From: Vulcanimicrobiota bacterium
GTDB taxonomy: Bacteria > Vulcanimicrobiota > Vulcanimicrobiia > Vulcanimicrobiales > Vulcanimicrobiaceae
DNA length: 46,361 nucleotides
Reading direction: 5' to 3'
NCBI GenBank assembly: GCA_003135555.1
Contig: PLCF01000058.1
Span: 27,433 to 73,793, forward strand
How positions within the stretch are numbered: the stretch's first letter is position 1; each line of letters starts with the position of its first letter. The notes beneath the pieces are model-generated. The model saw only the letters and a program-made list of their open reading frames with translations. It made no database searches and was not told where the DNA came from. Shown here in pieces: positions 8,357 to 16,343 of the stretch. Position numbers and translations under genes: made by a program.

Positions 8357-9106
8357 GTGTATACTGGAGGTGCAGATGAGCGACAGTCAGAGTCAGCCCC
8401 GGCCGCCAGCGCCGGCGCCCCCGCCGCCTCCTCCCCCGACCGCGGCGGACATGATCAAGGACCTTCGGGAGAGCGACCCGCTCCGCGGGATTCGGCGTTA
8501 GGCCGAGCCCCGGACCCGGGGAAATACACGCTTGCGGATGAGCCGCTCAGCGTCGACGCGGATATCGACTGGCGGTATCTCTACGGCTTGGTCCTCGAGC
8601 GAACCGAGCGCGAAGAAGACCGCGGAAAAACGCTTGACTCTAAAGTAACGACGCTGTTGGGTGGCGTCGTTGCGTTTATCGGTTTCTCGTTTCGTGTGAA
8701 TGCATCGGTCTGGAGTGCGGGCGCCGCGCTACTGTATTTCATACCGCTCGCAGTCCTTTTCGACGCGCTGTTGACGAAGCGCGGCAAACGAGCACCAACG
8801 GCAGAGTCGCTCACGAAGTATTTTCCAGCGTACCCTGTATCCACGCTAAAGGAAAGCGTCGACGCGATGCTCATCGCCGACGCAGCAAATGAGAGGATCA
8901 ATGACCGGAAAGCCGTGCGCGTTGATATTGCCGCGATCATGACCGGCATCGTGACGATAGTCGTGCTCATCACTCAATTCGCCCTGGCATTGGAGCCCGC
9001 AAATGTCCAAACCGGGTCACCTCAAGCAAAAGCCGCCCGTGTCCCCGTCGCAGCAGGACACGGCGGAGCGTCCCGAGGCCAGCCGCATGGTCCAAATCAT
9101 CCGTAA
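8357..9106 (+). CDS. 3-TM membrane protein resembling Pycsar-type (PycTM/DUF5706-like) effectors; start uncertain
   Basis: R..TLDSKVTTLLG before TM1, TM2 VWSAGAALLYFIPLAVLF, INDRKA before TM3 IAAIMTGIVTIVVLITQF. The only upstream in-frame starts are GTG 8357 and TTG 8588. Confidence 0.7.
   Translation: MYTGGADERQSESAPAASAGAPAASSPDRGGHDQGPSGERPAPRDSALGRAPDPGKYTLADEPLSVDADIDWRYLYGLVLERTEREEDRGKTLDSKVTTLLGGVVAFIGFSFRVNASVWSAGAALLYFIPLAVLFDALLTKRGKRAPTAESLTKYFPAYPVSTLKESVDAMLIADAANERINDRKAVRVDIAAIMTGIVTIVVLITQFALALEPANVQTGSPQAKAARVPVAAGHGGASRGQPHGPNHP
8376..8501 (+). CDS. 41-aa proline-rich small protein
   Basis: GGAGG 5 nt before the ATG; MSDSQSQPRPPAPAPPPPPPPTAADMIKDLRESDPLRGIRR. Confidence 0.65.
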   Translation: MSDSQSQPRPPAPAPPPPPPPTAADMIKDLRESDPLRGIRR

Positions 9107-9221
9107 GAGCGGCGAGGCCCCAGAGTCAAGCGACATCGCGGGGCATACAAAAGTGCGGATCCCGCGAGCGGTACGTCCTAGCCGCGCGGCGCTGCCATCG
9201 GTAGGGCAAAACGGGGATTGA
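9003..9221 (+). CDS. 72-aa small protein overlapping the 3' end of the TM gene
   Basis: GGAG 7 nt before the ATG; shares motif PEASRMVQIIRKS with the upstream peptide (PTAADMIKDLRES). Confidence 0.55.
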   Translation: MSKPGHLKQKPPVSPSQQDTAERPEASRMVQIIRKSGEAPESSDIAGHTKVRIPRAVRPSRAALPSVGQNGD

Positions 9222-9300
9222 AGGGGTATCCTGGCTTAAGAAACTCGCTGGACGGTTCTCGCGGATCATCCTGCCTTCGTTTGCCATCCGGAAGAAGGTT

Positions 9301-9633
9301 GCGGAGACTCGTTATACTTATACGGTTCTCGTTGACGACAACTTCCATTACACCGACGAGTCGGAACGGTACACGTTCGGCACGTTCCCGAGCCTTGAAG
9401 CAGCGATCGAGGCCTGCAGGCACATTGTGGACGATTTTCTAGAAGAGAGCTGCAAAGGGGTCCAGCCTTCAAGTGACGCGCTGTACGAGCACTATGTGGC
9501 GTTCGGGCCCGATCCGTTCATCGTGACCGACGACCCATACCTTCGACCGGTGCCATTTTCAGCGTGGACATACGCGCGAGAACAGTGCTTCCGGAGGTTC
9601 GGAAATCCGGAAACGCCGGAATCCAGGTCTTAG
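9301..9633 (+). CDS. Conserved hypothetical protein lacking a canonical start (possible pseudogene)
   Basis: Frame open 9205-9633: YTVLVDDNFHYTDESERYTFGTF...AAIEACRHIVDDFL...FGPDPFIV...FSAWTYARE. First ATG/GTG/TTG is at 9427. Confidence 0.6.
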   Translation, partial: AETRYTYTVLVDDNFHYTDESERYTFGTFPSLEAAIEACRHIVDDFLEESCKGVQPSSDALYEHYVAFGPDPFIVTDDPYLRPVPFSAWTYAREQCFRRFGNPETPESRS

Positions 9634-9682
9634 CCCGTATTCGCCAGTCTGAAAACTGGAGAAAATACCTCCGGATAAATAG

Positions 9683-10105
9683 CTACCGCCAGCGGTCGCC
9701 CGGCGTGGTCACGTACGTCTTCCAGAGGTATCCCCACGGAAGCACGAGCGGCACGATCACGACGCCCAGGAAGATGCCTGAGAACGAATCGGCGATGTCG
9801 GGATCCAGCGTGTGGCCCAGGTACGGGGGAAGCCACGCTGCGAGCACCCAGATGAGCTTCCACGTGAATTCGAAGATCAGCAGCGGCATCATCCTGACCG
9901 GATACCGCATGCCGAGGAGACAGAGCAGCGTAAGCGCGCCAAAGAAGCTCATCCCGACACCATGCCAGAAATCCCACGGCCGCGTGTGATGCAGGATCGC
10001 CGGCCACGTTCGCGAGCCCTATGCCAAACCAATCAGGAGATACGAAGCCCTGAGCACGTAGAGCCGATAAAGCGGAAGCTCCGGCCTGGATTGCATCTGG
10101 ACCAT
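9683..10105 (-). pseudogene. Conserved 4-TM membrane protein with in-frame amber stop
   Basis: MVQMQSRPELPLYRLYVLRASYLLIGLA*GSRTWPAILHHTRPW...GMRYPVRMMPLLIFEFTWKLIW...PWGY; TAG at 10021-10019. Confidence 0.75.
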
Positions 10106-10530
10106 GCCGTACCTACGGCGTCATTTGCCGACATGTTTCATTTAAATTGAATACAGAAGGGGTTCTGAGTATCCGATGAACACCGACCCCGACACCCTCC
10201 CAGTGGAGGGGCGAACGTTGGTTTTCCCTGGTCTCGTGCGCACGAAGCGGCAGTCGCGGCTCGTTAGTGCTTTGCAAGCATCAACACGTCGCGCGTGAGA
10301 ATCTGGCTCTCCGGCAATGAGTTCATCGAGCGATACCAACAACGCGGGGGCTCCAGCGTAGCCGCCCTCATTCGTGCGCCTGCCGACAAGACTGTGGACA
10401 GGCGCGGCCGAATGCAAAAAAGCTGCGCCAGACCCCGGTTTTCGCTGGTAACCCGGCGCGGGGTTGGAACTGATCAAGGGGGTCGGCGGCCGTTCGCGGA
10501 GTCGTTCCCTCGAGCCGCGAAGCTGGCGCC

Positions 10531-12822
10531 ATGGCTCTCCCGGGGGTGATTGTCGCGGCCGCTGCTTCGTGCGCGCTGTCGGGCGGGGTGCGCGGAGCGG
10601 ACGGGACGCCGGTTCGAGCACATGTCGTTGCGACCGGCGCCGCGACGCGGGCGGCCGACACCGACCCGCAGGGACGGTTCACCCTCGAGCTACCGTGCGG
10701 TGCCGCGCGGGTGAGTATTGCTGCGCCGGGGTACGCGTCGGCGGACGTCGACGTCGTGGCCACGGGGGCGAATCGCGTCGACGTGACCCTCGAGCCCATT
10801 GGGGGCGGGCGGCTGCGGGAGATCGGGCGCGTGACCGTCGACGGCCGGCTCGCGGTGTCGCACAGCACGGTGCCGTCGCGGACGATCACGCGCGGCGATC
10901 TCGACGCGATGGGGTTCGATCGCGTCGTGCAGGCGCTGGCTCTCGTACCGTCGCTGACGCTGACGCGGCCGGACGGCGGCGCGACCGGAGCGACGACCGT
11001 CGTCTCGTTGCGCGGTCCCGATCCGTCCGAGACGCGGATCGCGCTCGACGGTCAGCCGCTCAACGACACCAACACCGGCGACTTCGATCTGGCGACCCTG
11101 CCGACGAGCCTGCTATCGGCGATCGATGTGAGCGAGGGACTCGGTCCGCAGGACTCGCGCGGCGCAGACACCATCGGCGGCGAGATCAACCTGATCTCAT
11201 TGCGCCCGACGGCGCGACCGGCGCGTGCGCTGCGGTTCAGCTTGGGTTCGAACGGATCGTCGACGGTGGAAGCGAACGCGACGGGGCGCATCGGCCGGCT
11301 CGGCTACGCGCTCGCGCTGGCCGACCAGCAGCGTCAGGGCTTCGTGCACGACTATCCCGTGACGATAGATACGATGAACGCACTCGGCGTGCCGACCCGG
11401 TTGGGCTCGTCGTTCGCGGCGCGCAGCGCGCTGGCCAACGTCACCTACGATTTCTCGCCGCGCTCGACGCTGCGCGTACGCGCGCTGACGCTCAATGACG
11501 TCCGCGACGAGAGTGCGTCGCAGACGGCGCCGATCGATGCCGCGAACGACCGTCTTGGCGGGCAATTTGTCGGCAGCGGCCCGGAGACGGCGTCGCACAG
11601 CCTGCGCGCGACGCTGGCGAGCCTGAGCCTTCCGCTCGGTGCGGGGACGCTGGTCGCGAGCGCCGCGTTCTCCAGCTCGACACGGGCCGTCGCGCGGAGC
11701 CTCGTTACCGGCGACCCCGGCACGCCCTACGACCCGTCGCTCATCGACAAGCTGGGGTCGACGACGTTCGAGTGGACGCATGCAACGGCATCGTCGTCGG
11801 TGGCGATCGGTGCGCAGACGCGGGCCGAATCGCTGGCGTCGCCCGATCAATTCAACGTCCCGGCGCTGCGCGAGTACGCCTCGCAAGCGTGGGTGCGCGC
11901 GAGTGGCCGGCTCGCGCCGCACGTCCTCGTCGGCGCGAGCGTCGTCGACTCGGTCTGGTCGACGTTCCCGGCCAGCCTTGACGGACGGGCCGGCGTCGCG
12001 GTCGACGGAGTAGCCGGCGGGACGCTGCGCTTTGCGGTCGGCACTGGCTTTCGCGCGCCGTTGCTGGCCGAGAAGTTCGTCTTTCCGTTTGCTGCGCTGG
12101 TGCCCGATGGGAACTGCGTCGCGCCCAACGGCAACGCCGACGAACGTGCCGAGCACGCCACGGAGTACGAGGTCGGGTATGGGCACCGCTTCGGTTCGAC
12201 CACCGCCGATCTCACGCTGTACCGCACCAACCTGCGCGATCCGATCGAGAACTTCTATCCGTTCGGCAAGACCTGCAACACGCCCGGGCTGGCCGAGGTC
12301 GAAGCACAGTCGTTTCCGGTGAACGTGGGCAACGTCGTCTATCGCGGCGGCGCGTTGCGCGTGGCGCATCGGTTCGGGCCGGGCTACTGGACCGCGAGCG
12401 CCGAGTACGCGGTGAACGCGGCGTACCCGACGAGCCTGCCGGAGTTCGTCTCGGCGGCGAACCCGACGTCGGGCTCGTTCCTCGTGCCGGGGCAGCAGTT
12501 TGTTGGGATCCCCCTGCAGCAGTACGCGCTCGACGTCCGCTACGCGCGGCGGGGAACGCACGGCGCGCTCGCGGTCGCGGGAAAGAGCGCGAACAACGAG
12601 CTCCGGCAGGGCCGCTTCGCAACGCTCGACGCCGCGTTCGGGCGCACGTGGGGCAACATCGACGTCACCGTGGCCGGCACGAACTTGACTAGCGCGGTCA
12701 GCGGGCGGTTTACGCAGTTGGGCCAGGGCGTCATGATCGGCGCGGGGCCGAAAGGGCTCCAGCCGACCGACGCGCTGGTCCTAGAGCCGGCCGCCGTGCG
12801 GATCATCCTGACGGTGCGCTAG
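10531..12822 (+). CDS. TonB-dependent receptor with N-terminal carboxypeptidase-regulatory-like domain
   Basis: TDPQGRFTL..APGY N-domain; plug VSLRG...IALDGQPLND...IDVSEG...GADTIGGEINL; GTGFRAP, E.ATEYEVG, GTNLT barrel motifs. Confidence 0.88.
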   Translation: MALPGVIVAAAASCALSGGVRGADGTPVRAHVVATGAATRAADTDPQGRFTLELPCGAARVSIAAPGYASADVDVVATGANRVDVTLEPIGGGRLREIGRVTVDGRLAVSHSTVPSRTITRGDLDAMGFDRVVQALALVPSLTLTRPDGGATGATTVVSLRGPDPSETRIALDGQPLNDTNTGDFDLATLPTSLLSAIDVSEGLGPQDSRGADTIGGEINLISLRPTARPARALRFSLGSNGSSTVEANATGRIGRLGYALALADQQRQGFVHDYPVTIDTMNALGVPTRLGSSFAARSALANVTYDFSPRSTLRVRALTLNDVRDESASQTAPIDAANDRLGGQFVGSGPETASHSLRATLASLSLPLGAGTLVASAAFSSSTRAVARSLVTGDPGTPYDPSLIDKLGSTTFEWTHATASSSVAIGAQTRAESLASPDQFNVPALREYASQAWVRASGRLAPHVLVGASVVDSVWSTFPASLDGRAGVAVDGVAGGTLRFAVGTGFRAPLLAEKFVFPFAALVPDGNCVAPNGNADERAEHATEYEVGYGHRFGSTTADLTLYRTNLRDPIENFYPFGKTCNTPGLAEVEAQSFPVNVGNVVYRGGALRVAHRFGPGYWTASAEYAVNAAYPTSLPEFVSAANPTSGSFLVPGQQFVGIPLQQYALDVRYARRGTHGALAVAGKSANNELRQGRFATLDAAFGRTWGNIDVTVAGTNLTSAVSGRFTQLGQGVMIGAGPKGLQPTDALVLEPAAVRIILTVR

Positions 12823-12826
12823 GCCC

Positions 12827-13309
12827 TCACTCTTCGCCGTCGTAGTAGTCGACGTTTTCGGAACGAATGATGCGCCGCGCGGGGACTTGCACCGTCCACT
12901 TCTTGCTGTCCGGAAAATAGTCGGCCTCGTCGATCGGATTGTCGGCGACGACGTAGACGACCAAGTCCGCGGCGCTGTCGTTGATGAGCGCGTGCGGCTC
13001 GCCGGGCAAGAAGATGAACGCATCGCCGGTTGCGAGGGGTGCCATACCGTCGGCGTGCCGGACGATGCCGGTCCCGGAGATCACGTGATAGAACTCCCAC
13101 TGCGCGCCGTGGGAGTGGTACGGGTAGGGCGTCTTACCGGGCGGTATGCGCAGGATCTCGACGTCGAACGGGTGCCGCTCGTTGAGGTCGGTCGATTTCG
13201 GCTTGCGTCCGAGCGCCTCGGAGATCTGCTTGCCCGCCCCCGCGAATTTTCCGCGCGGCGAGGTCCAGGTGATCTCAGGGACGTCGTTGGTGTTGACCTT
13301 GCGCAGCAT
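12827..13309 (-). CDS. Cupin domain protein
   Basis: IPPGKTPYPYHSHGAQWEFYHVISG...GDAFIFLPGEPHALIN; ATG at 13309. Confidence 0.85.
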   Translation of the reverse strand: MLRKVNTNDVPEITWTSPRGKFAGAGKQISEALGRKPKSTDLNERHPFDVEILRIPPGKTPYPYHSHGAQWEFYHVISGTGIVRHADGMAPLATGDAFIFLPGEPHALINDSAADLVVYVVADNPIDEADYFPDSKKWTVQVPARRIIRSENVDYYDGEE

Positions 13310-13350
13310 CGTCCGGGAATACGACAGACCAGGCGCCCGGACTTGCCGAG

Positions 13351-14820
13351 TCAGTCGTCGTCGGGGGGTGAGGTGTCGTTCATGACGGCCGCGGTTAGGA
13401 CCGATGGATCGACCGCGATCGCGGTGAAGCTGCGCGGCGGTTTGCTCAGATCGAAGAATCCCGTCAAGTCGCTCGTCGACCGGCTGTCCGCGAAGTTCAG
13501 CGCACCTTCCGCAATGCCGTAGTTGTGCTCGATAAAGCGCACGATGCTGCCGAAGTCGTGGTGCGCGTTGTTGATGTAGTTGCGCGGAGTGTACGCTGAA
13601 ACGACGATGAGCGGCACCCGGAAGCCGTACTGGTAGTCGCCTTGCGGTTGGGGCAGGAACGTCGGCGCGACGTGATCGTACCAGCCTCCCCAGTCGTCCC
13701 ACGTGATGAAAATGGCCGTGTCGTCCCAATAGCCTTGGCCGTTGTCGCACGTGGTGCTCTTGCCGATGGCGTTGACGATCGAGGCGACCCAGGCCGGGCC
13801 GCCGTTGCCGCTTTTCAGACCGGCATGATCGGAGTACCGAGCGGCCGGGATCACCCAGCTGACCGAACGCAGGTTGCACGACGCGATGTCGCTCAGGACG
13901 TCGGGAGGGTGGAAGTCGAGATGATCGGTCCAGGCGGGCCCGGAGCACGTACCGCCCGGAGCCGTCGCCATGCAGAGATGCTTGATGGAATTGGGCGCCG
14001 TCCAAATGCTGCCCGGATTGGGCGTGTAGTACCGCCACGTCACCGATGGGTCGAACAGATCGACCAGCGTCTGGTGCTCGAAGCAGGGAAAGATCGGGTT
14101 GATCCGGCCGCCCGGGTGGATCACGAATGACTGCGTGTTCGCCGGCGCGGCGCACCCCGCGGTCTTGTTGAATCCGCCCACACCGCCGGTCCCGACCAGG
14201 TTCTCGGAGTCGAAGATCCCGGCGGCGTCATCGCTCGCGCTCGGCGCCGACGTTCCCCCGAACAGGAATTGGTGGGCGGGATAGCTCGGTCCCTGATTGG
14301 TTTGGAACATCGCGTTCGCCCAACCGTATCGCGTCGCGAGTTCCAGATACGGCTTGAGGGTACCGTTGGAGTAGGTGACGTAGCGCCACTGCGCGTCCGC
14401 CGGGCACTGATTGCAGCCCGATCGGCCGTCCATCTTGCAGGTCGTCGTCCCCGGCGTCAGGTCGCACTGCGCGAGAAAGCCGCTGTGCGCGTGATTCAAG
14501 TCCACCGTGTGGGCGAGCGTTACCGGTGTCGGCGCAATCGTGCTGCCGGGTGCGTACTTGTCGAGCCACGCGCTGGTCTGGATGTCGTACTGCGCCGGGC
14601 CCGGCGTGGTGCTGCAGCGGCTTGGAGCGCCGAACGGCGGCGCGCACAAGCCTTGGAAGAGATTGTCCGGGGTGCGATTCTCCTGGACGATGACGATGAC
14701 GTGCTTGAAGCTTGCCCCGGCGGCGCGGGCGGGCACCGATCCGATTCGCGTCGCGGCGGCGACGAGCAGAGCCGAGACGGACAGCGCCGTGAAGATCGCG
14801 GCGACGCGCAGCGTGGACAT
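13351..14820 (-). CDS. Secreted phosphoesterase (phospholipase C/AcpA family)
   Basis: Signal peptide; KHVIVIVQENRTPDN, GPSYPAH, SDH, ITWDDWGGWYDHV, GFRVPLIVVS. GGAGG RBS before ATG 14820. Confidence 0.9.
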   Translation of the reverse strand: MSTLRVAAIFTALSVSALLVAAATRIGSVPARAAGASFKHVIVIVQENRTPDNLFQGLCAPPFGAPSRCSTTPGPAQYDIQTSAWLDKYAPGSTIAPTPVTLAHTVDLNHAHSGFLAQCDLTPGTTTCKMDGRSGCNQCPADAQWRYVTYSNGTLKPYLELATRYGWANAMFQTNQGPSYPAHQFLFGGTSAPSASDDAAGIFDSENLVGTGGVGGFNKTAGCAAPANTQSFVIHPGGRINPIFPCFEHQTLVDLFDPSVTWRYYTPNPGSIWTAPNSIKHLCMATAPGGTCSGPAWTDHLDFHPPDVLSDIASCNLRSVSWVIPAARYSDHAGLKSGNGGPAWVASIVNAIGKSTTCDNGQGYWDDTAIFITWDDWGGWYDHVAPTFLPQPQGDYQYGFRVPLIVVSAYTPRNYINNAHHDFGSIVRFIEHNYGIAEGALNFADSRSTSDLTGFFDLSKPPRSFTAIAVDPSVLTAAVMNDTSPPDDD

Positions 14821-14922
14821 CCTCAATCCTCCGTTCGAATGCGTAGCAAGCCAAGCTCTCGCGTGCTGCTTACTCCTCTATTCTGAGAGATTGCTGGGAC
14901 CGAGGCGCCGAGCCGCGGTGAG

Positions 14923-14951
14923 GTGACAATGCGGGGGGCTCATGGTAAAGT
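14923..14951 (+). promoter_or_regulatory. Sigma70-type promoter of rplK-rplA
   Basis: GTGACA-17 nt-TAAAGT with TGn extension. Confidence 0.7.
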
Positions 14952-15019
14952 AGGGCGTTGCGCCCGGGGTTCCGGGCCGCGCTCGGCTGCTCACCCCGGC
15001 GGCCGGCGCGTTCACTCGC

Positions 15020-15106
15020 GGGGGAGATGGATTCGGCCCGCTTTGCGGTCCGAATCCGGTGCTGGTCCGCTTTGCGGCCCTAGCACTGCAGCATCGAAAG
15101 GACACC
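15020..15106 (+). ncRNA. Structured rplK leader (putative L1-binding element) with twin hairpins
   Basis: GGGAG followed by two hairpins each capped by CCGC-UUU-GCGG (15029-15057 and 15059-15086), then GAAAGGA RBS. Confidence 0.45.
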
Positions 15107-15535
15107 ATGGCAAAAAGAGTCGTCGGGAAGATCGGTCTCGCTCTTCCCGCCGGGAAGGCGACCCCTGCGCCTCCCGTCGGTCCGGCGTTGGGCCCCTATT
15201 CGCTCAACATCATGGACTTCTGCAAGCAGTACAACGACCGGACCAAAGCCCAAGAAGGCTTCATCATCCCGGTCGAGATCACGGTCTTCGAAGACCGCAC
15301 CTTCACGTTCATCACCAAGACTCCGCCGGCGTCGTTCTTGATCAAACGCGCGCTCGGGCTCGAGTCGGGATCGAAAGAGCCCAACCGCAACAAGGTTGGG
15401 AAGCTGACGCAAGATCAGGTGCGCGAGATCGCTCAGGCCAAGATGCCCGATCTCAATGCCAACGACATCGATGCCGCGATGAAGATCGTCGCCGGCACCG
15501 CACGCTCGATGGGCGTCGAAGTGGGGAACGGCTGA
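15107..15535 (+). CDS. rplK: 50S ribosomal protein L11
   Basis: [15 protein letters not shown]...NIMDFCK..N.RT...[23 protein letters not shown]...GTARSMG. Confidence 0.99.
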   Translation: MAKRVVGKIGLALPAGKATPAPPVGPALGPYSLNIMDFCKQYNDRTKAQEGFIIPVEITVFEDRTFTFITKTPPASFLIKRALGLESGSKEPNRNKVGKLTQDQVREIAQAKMPDLNANDIDAAMKIVAGTARSMGVEVGNG

Positions 15536-16242
15536 TGCGCGAGCACGGCAAGCGTTTCAAGACCTTGGCAACGTCGTTCGACCGCGATCGGCTCTACGAT
15601 CCGCTCGAGGCGACGCAGATCGTCAAACGCAACGCGAACGCGAAGTTCAACGAGACGATCGAGATTCACATCAAGCTGGGCGTCGATCCCAAGAAGTCCG
15701 ATCAGAACGTACGCGGTACGGTGAACCTGCCGCACGGCACGGGGCGCACGGTGCGCGTGATCGCGTTCGCACGCGGCGACGCGGCCAAGGCCGCGCAGGA
15801 AGCCGGCGCCGACGTCGTCGGCGACGCCGACCTCATCGAGCGCGTCAAAGGCGGCTTCGCCGACTTCGACGTGGCGGTCGCGACCCCCGACATGATGCCG
15901 GCGATCGGCAAAGAGCTGGGGCGCATCCTGGCGCAGAAGATGCCCAACCCCAAGGCCGGCACGGTGTCGCCGAACATCGGCAACGCGGTGCGCGACATCA
16001 AAGCCGGTAAGGTCGAGTACCGCCTCGACAAGACTGGGATCATCCACACGATCGTCGGCAAAGCGTCGTTCGAGGAGAAGCAGATCACCGAGAACCTCGG
16101 CGTGCTGCTCGACGCGATCGTGCGCGCCAAGCCGTCGGCGGCGAAGGGCACGTACCTGCGCTCGATCACCCTCACGTCGACGATGGGCGTCGGCGTCAAG
16201 GTCGATCCGACCCGCGTGCGCGCCACCGCCAGCACGGCCTAG
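15535..16242 (+). CDS. rplA: 50S ribosomal protein L1
   Basis: [31 protein letters not shown]...MPNPKAGTV...[18 protein letters not shown] coupling to rplK. Confidence 0.99.
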   Translation: MREHGKRFKTLATSFDRDRLYDPLEATQIVKRNANAKFNETIEIHIKLGVDPKKSDQNVRGTVNLPHGTGRTVRVIAFARGDAAKAAQEAGADVVGDADLIERVKGGFADFDVAVATPDMMPAIGKELGRILAQKMPNPKAGTVSPNIGNAVRDIKAGKVEYRLDKTGIIHTIVGKASFEEKQITENLGVLLDAIVRAKPSAAKGTYLRSITLTSTMGVGVKVDPTRVRATASTA

Positions 16243-16250
16243 TACGTAGA

Positions 16251-16285
16251 CGCCGGCCCGCACCCGGGCCGGCGCTGGGCGTTTT
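16251..16285 (+). terminator. Hairpin after rplA (possible terminator)
   Basis: 10-bp stem CGCCGGCCCG/CGGGCCGGCG with a short T run 7 nt downstream. Confidence 0.5.
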
Positions 16286-16343
16286 CCTAGGCGGGTGTGC
16301 GACGGTGAGTGAAGCCGGGTGTCTTCTGCGGCCGAGGTGAGCG

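Noticed and set aside
8357..9106. Calling this a complete Pycsar or CBASS system
   Set aside because: No cyclase or nucleotidyltransferase is adjacent; the similarity is topology and motif level only.
10019..10021. Pyrrolysine or amber recoding
   Set aside because: TAG is a normal stop for many genes here (e.g. rplA, dctM) and no pyl genes are present.
10176..10549. Two short ORFs (10176-10298, 10295-10549) faintly like a broken LytTR domain
   Set aside because: Resemblance too weak; the RxHRS motif is absent.
14923..15534. Extended N-termini of L1 (ORF from 14923) and L11 (from 15059); likewise L10 from 28024
   Set aside because: Conserved starts with RBS or coupling are at 15535, 15107 and 28174; the extensions run through promoter and leader sequence.
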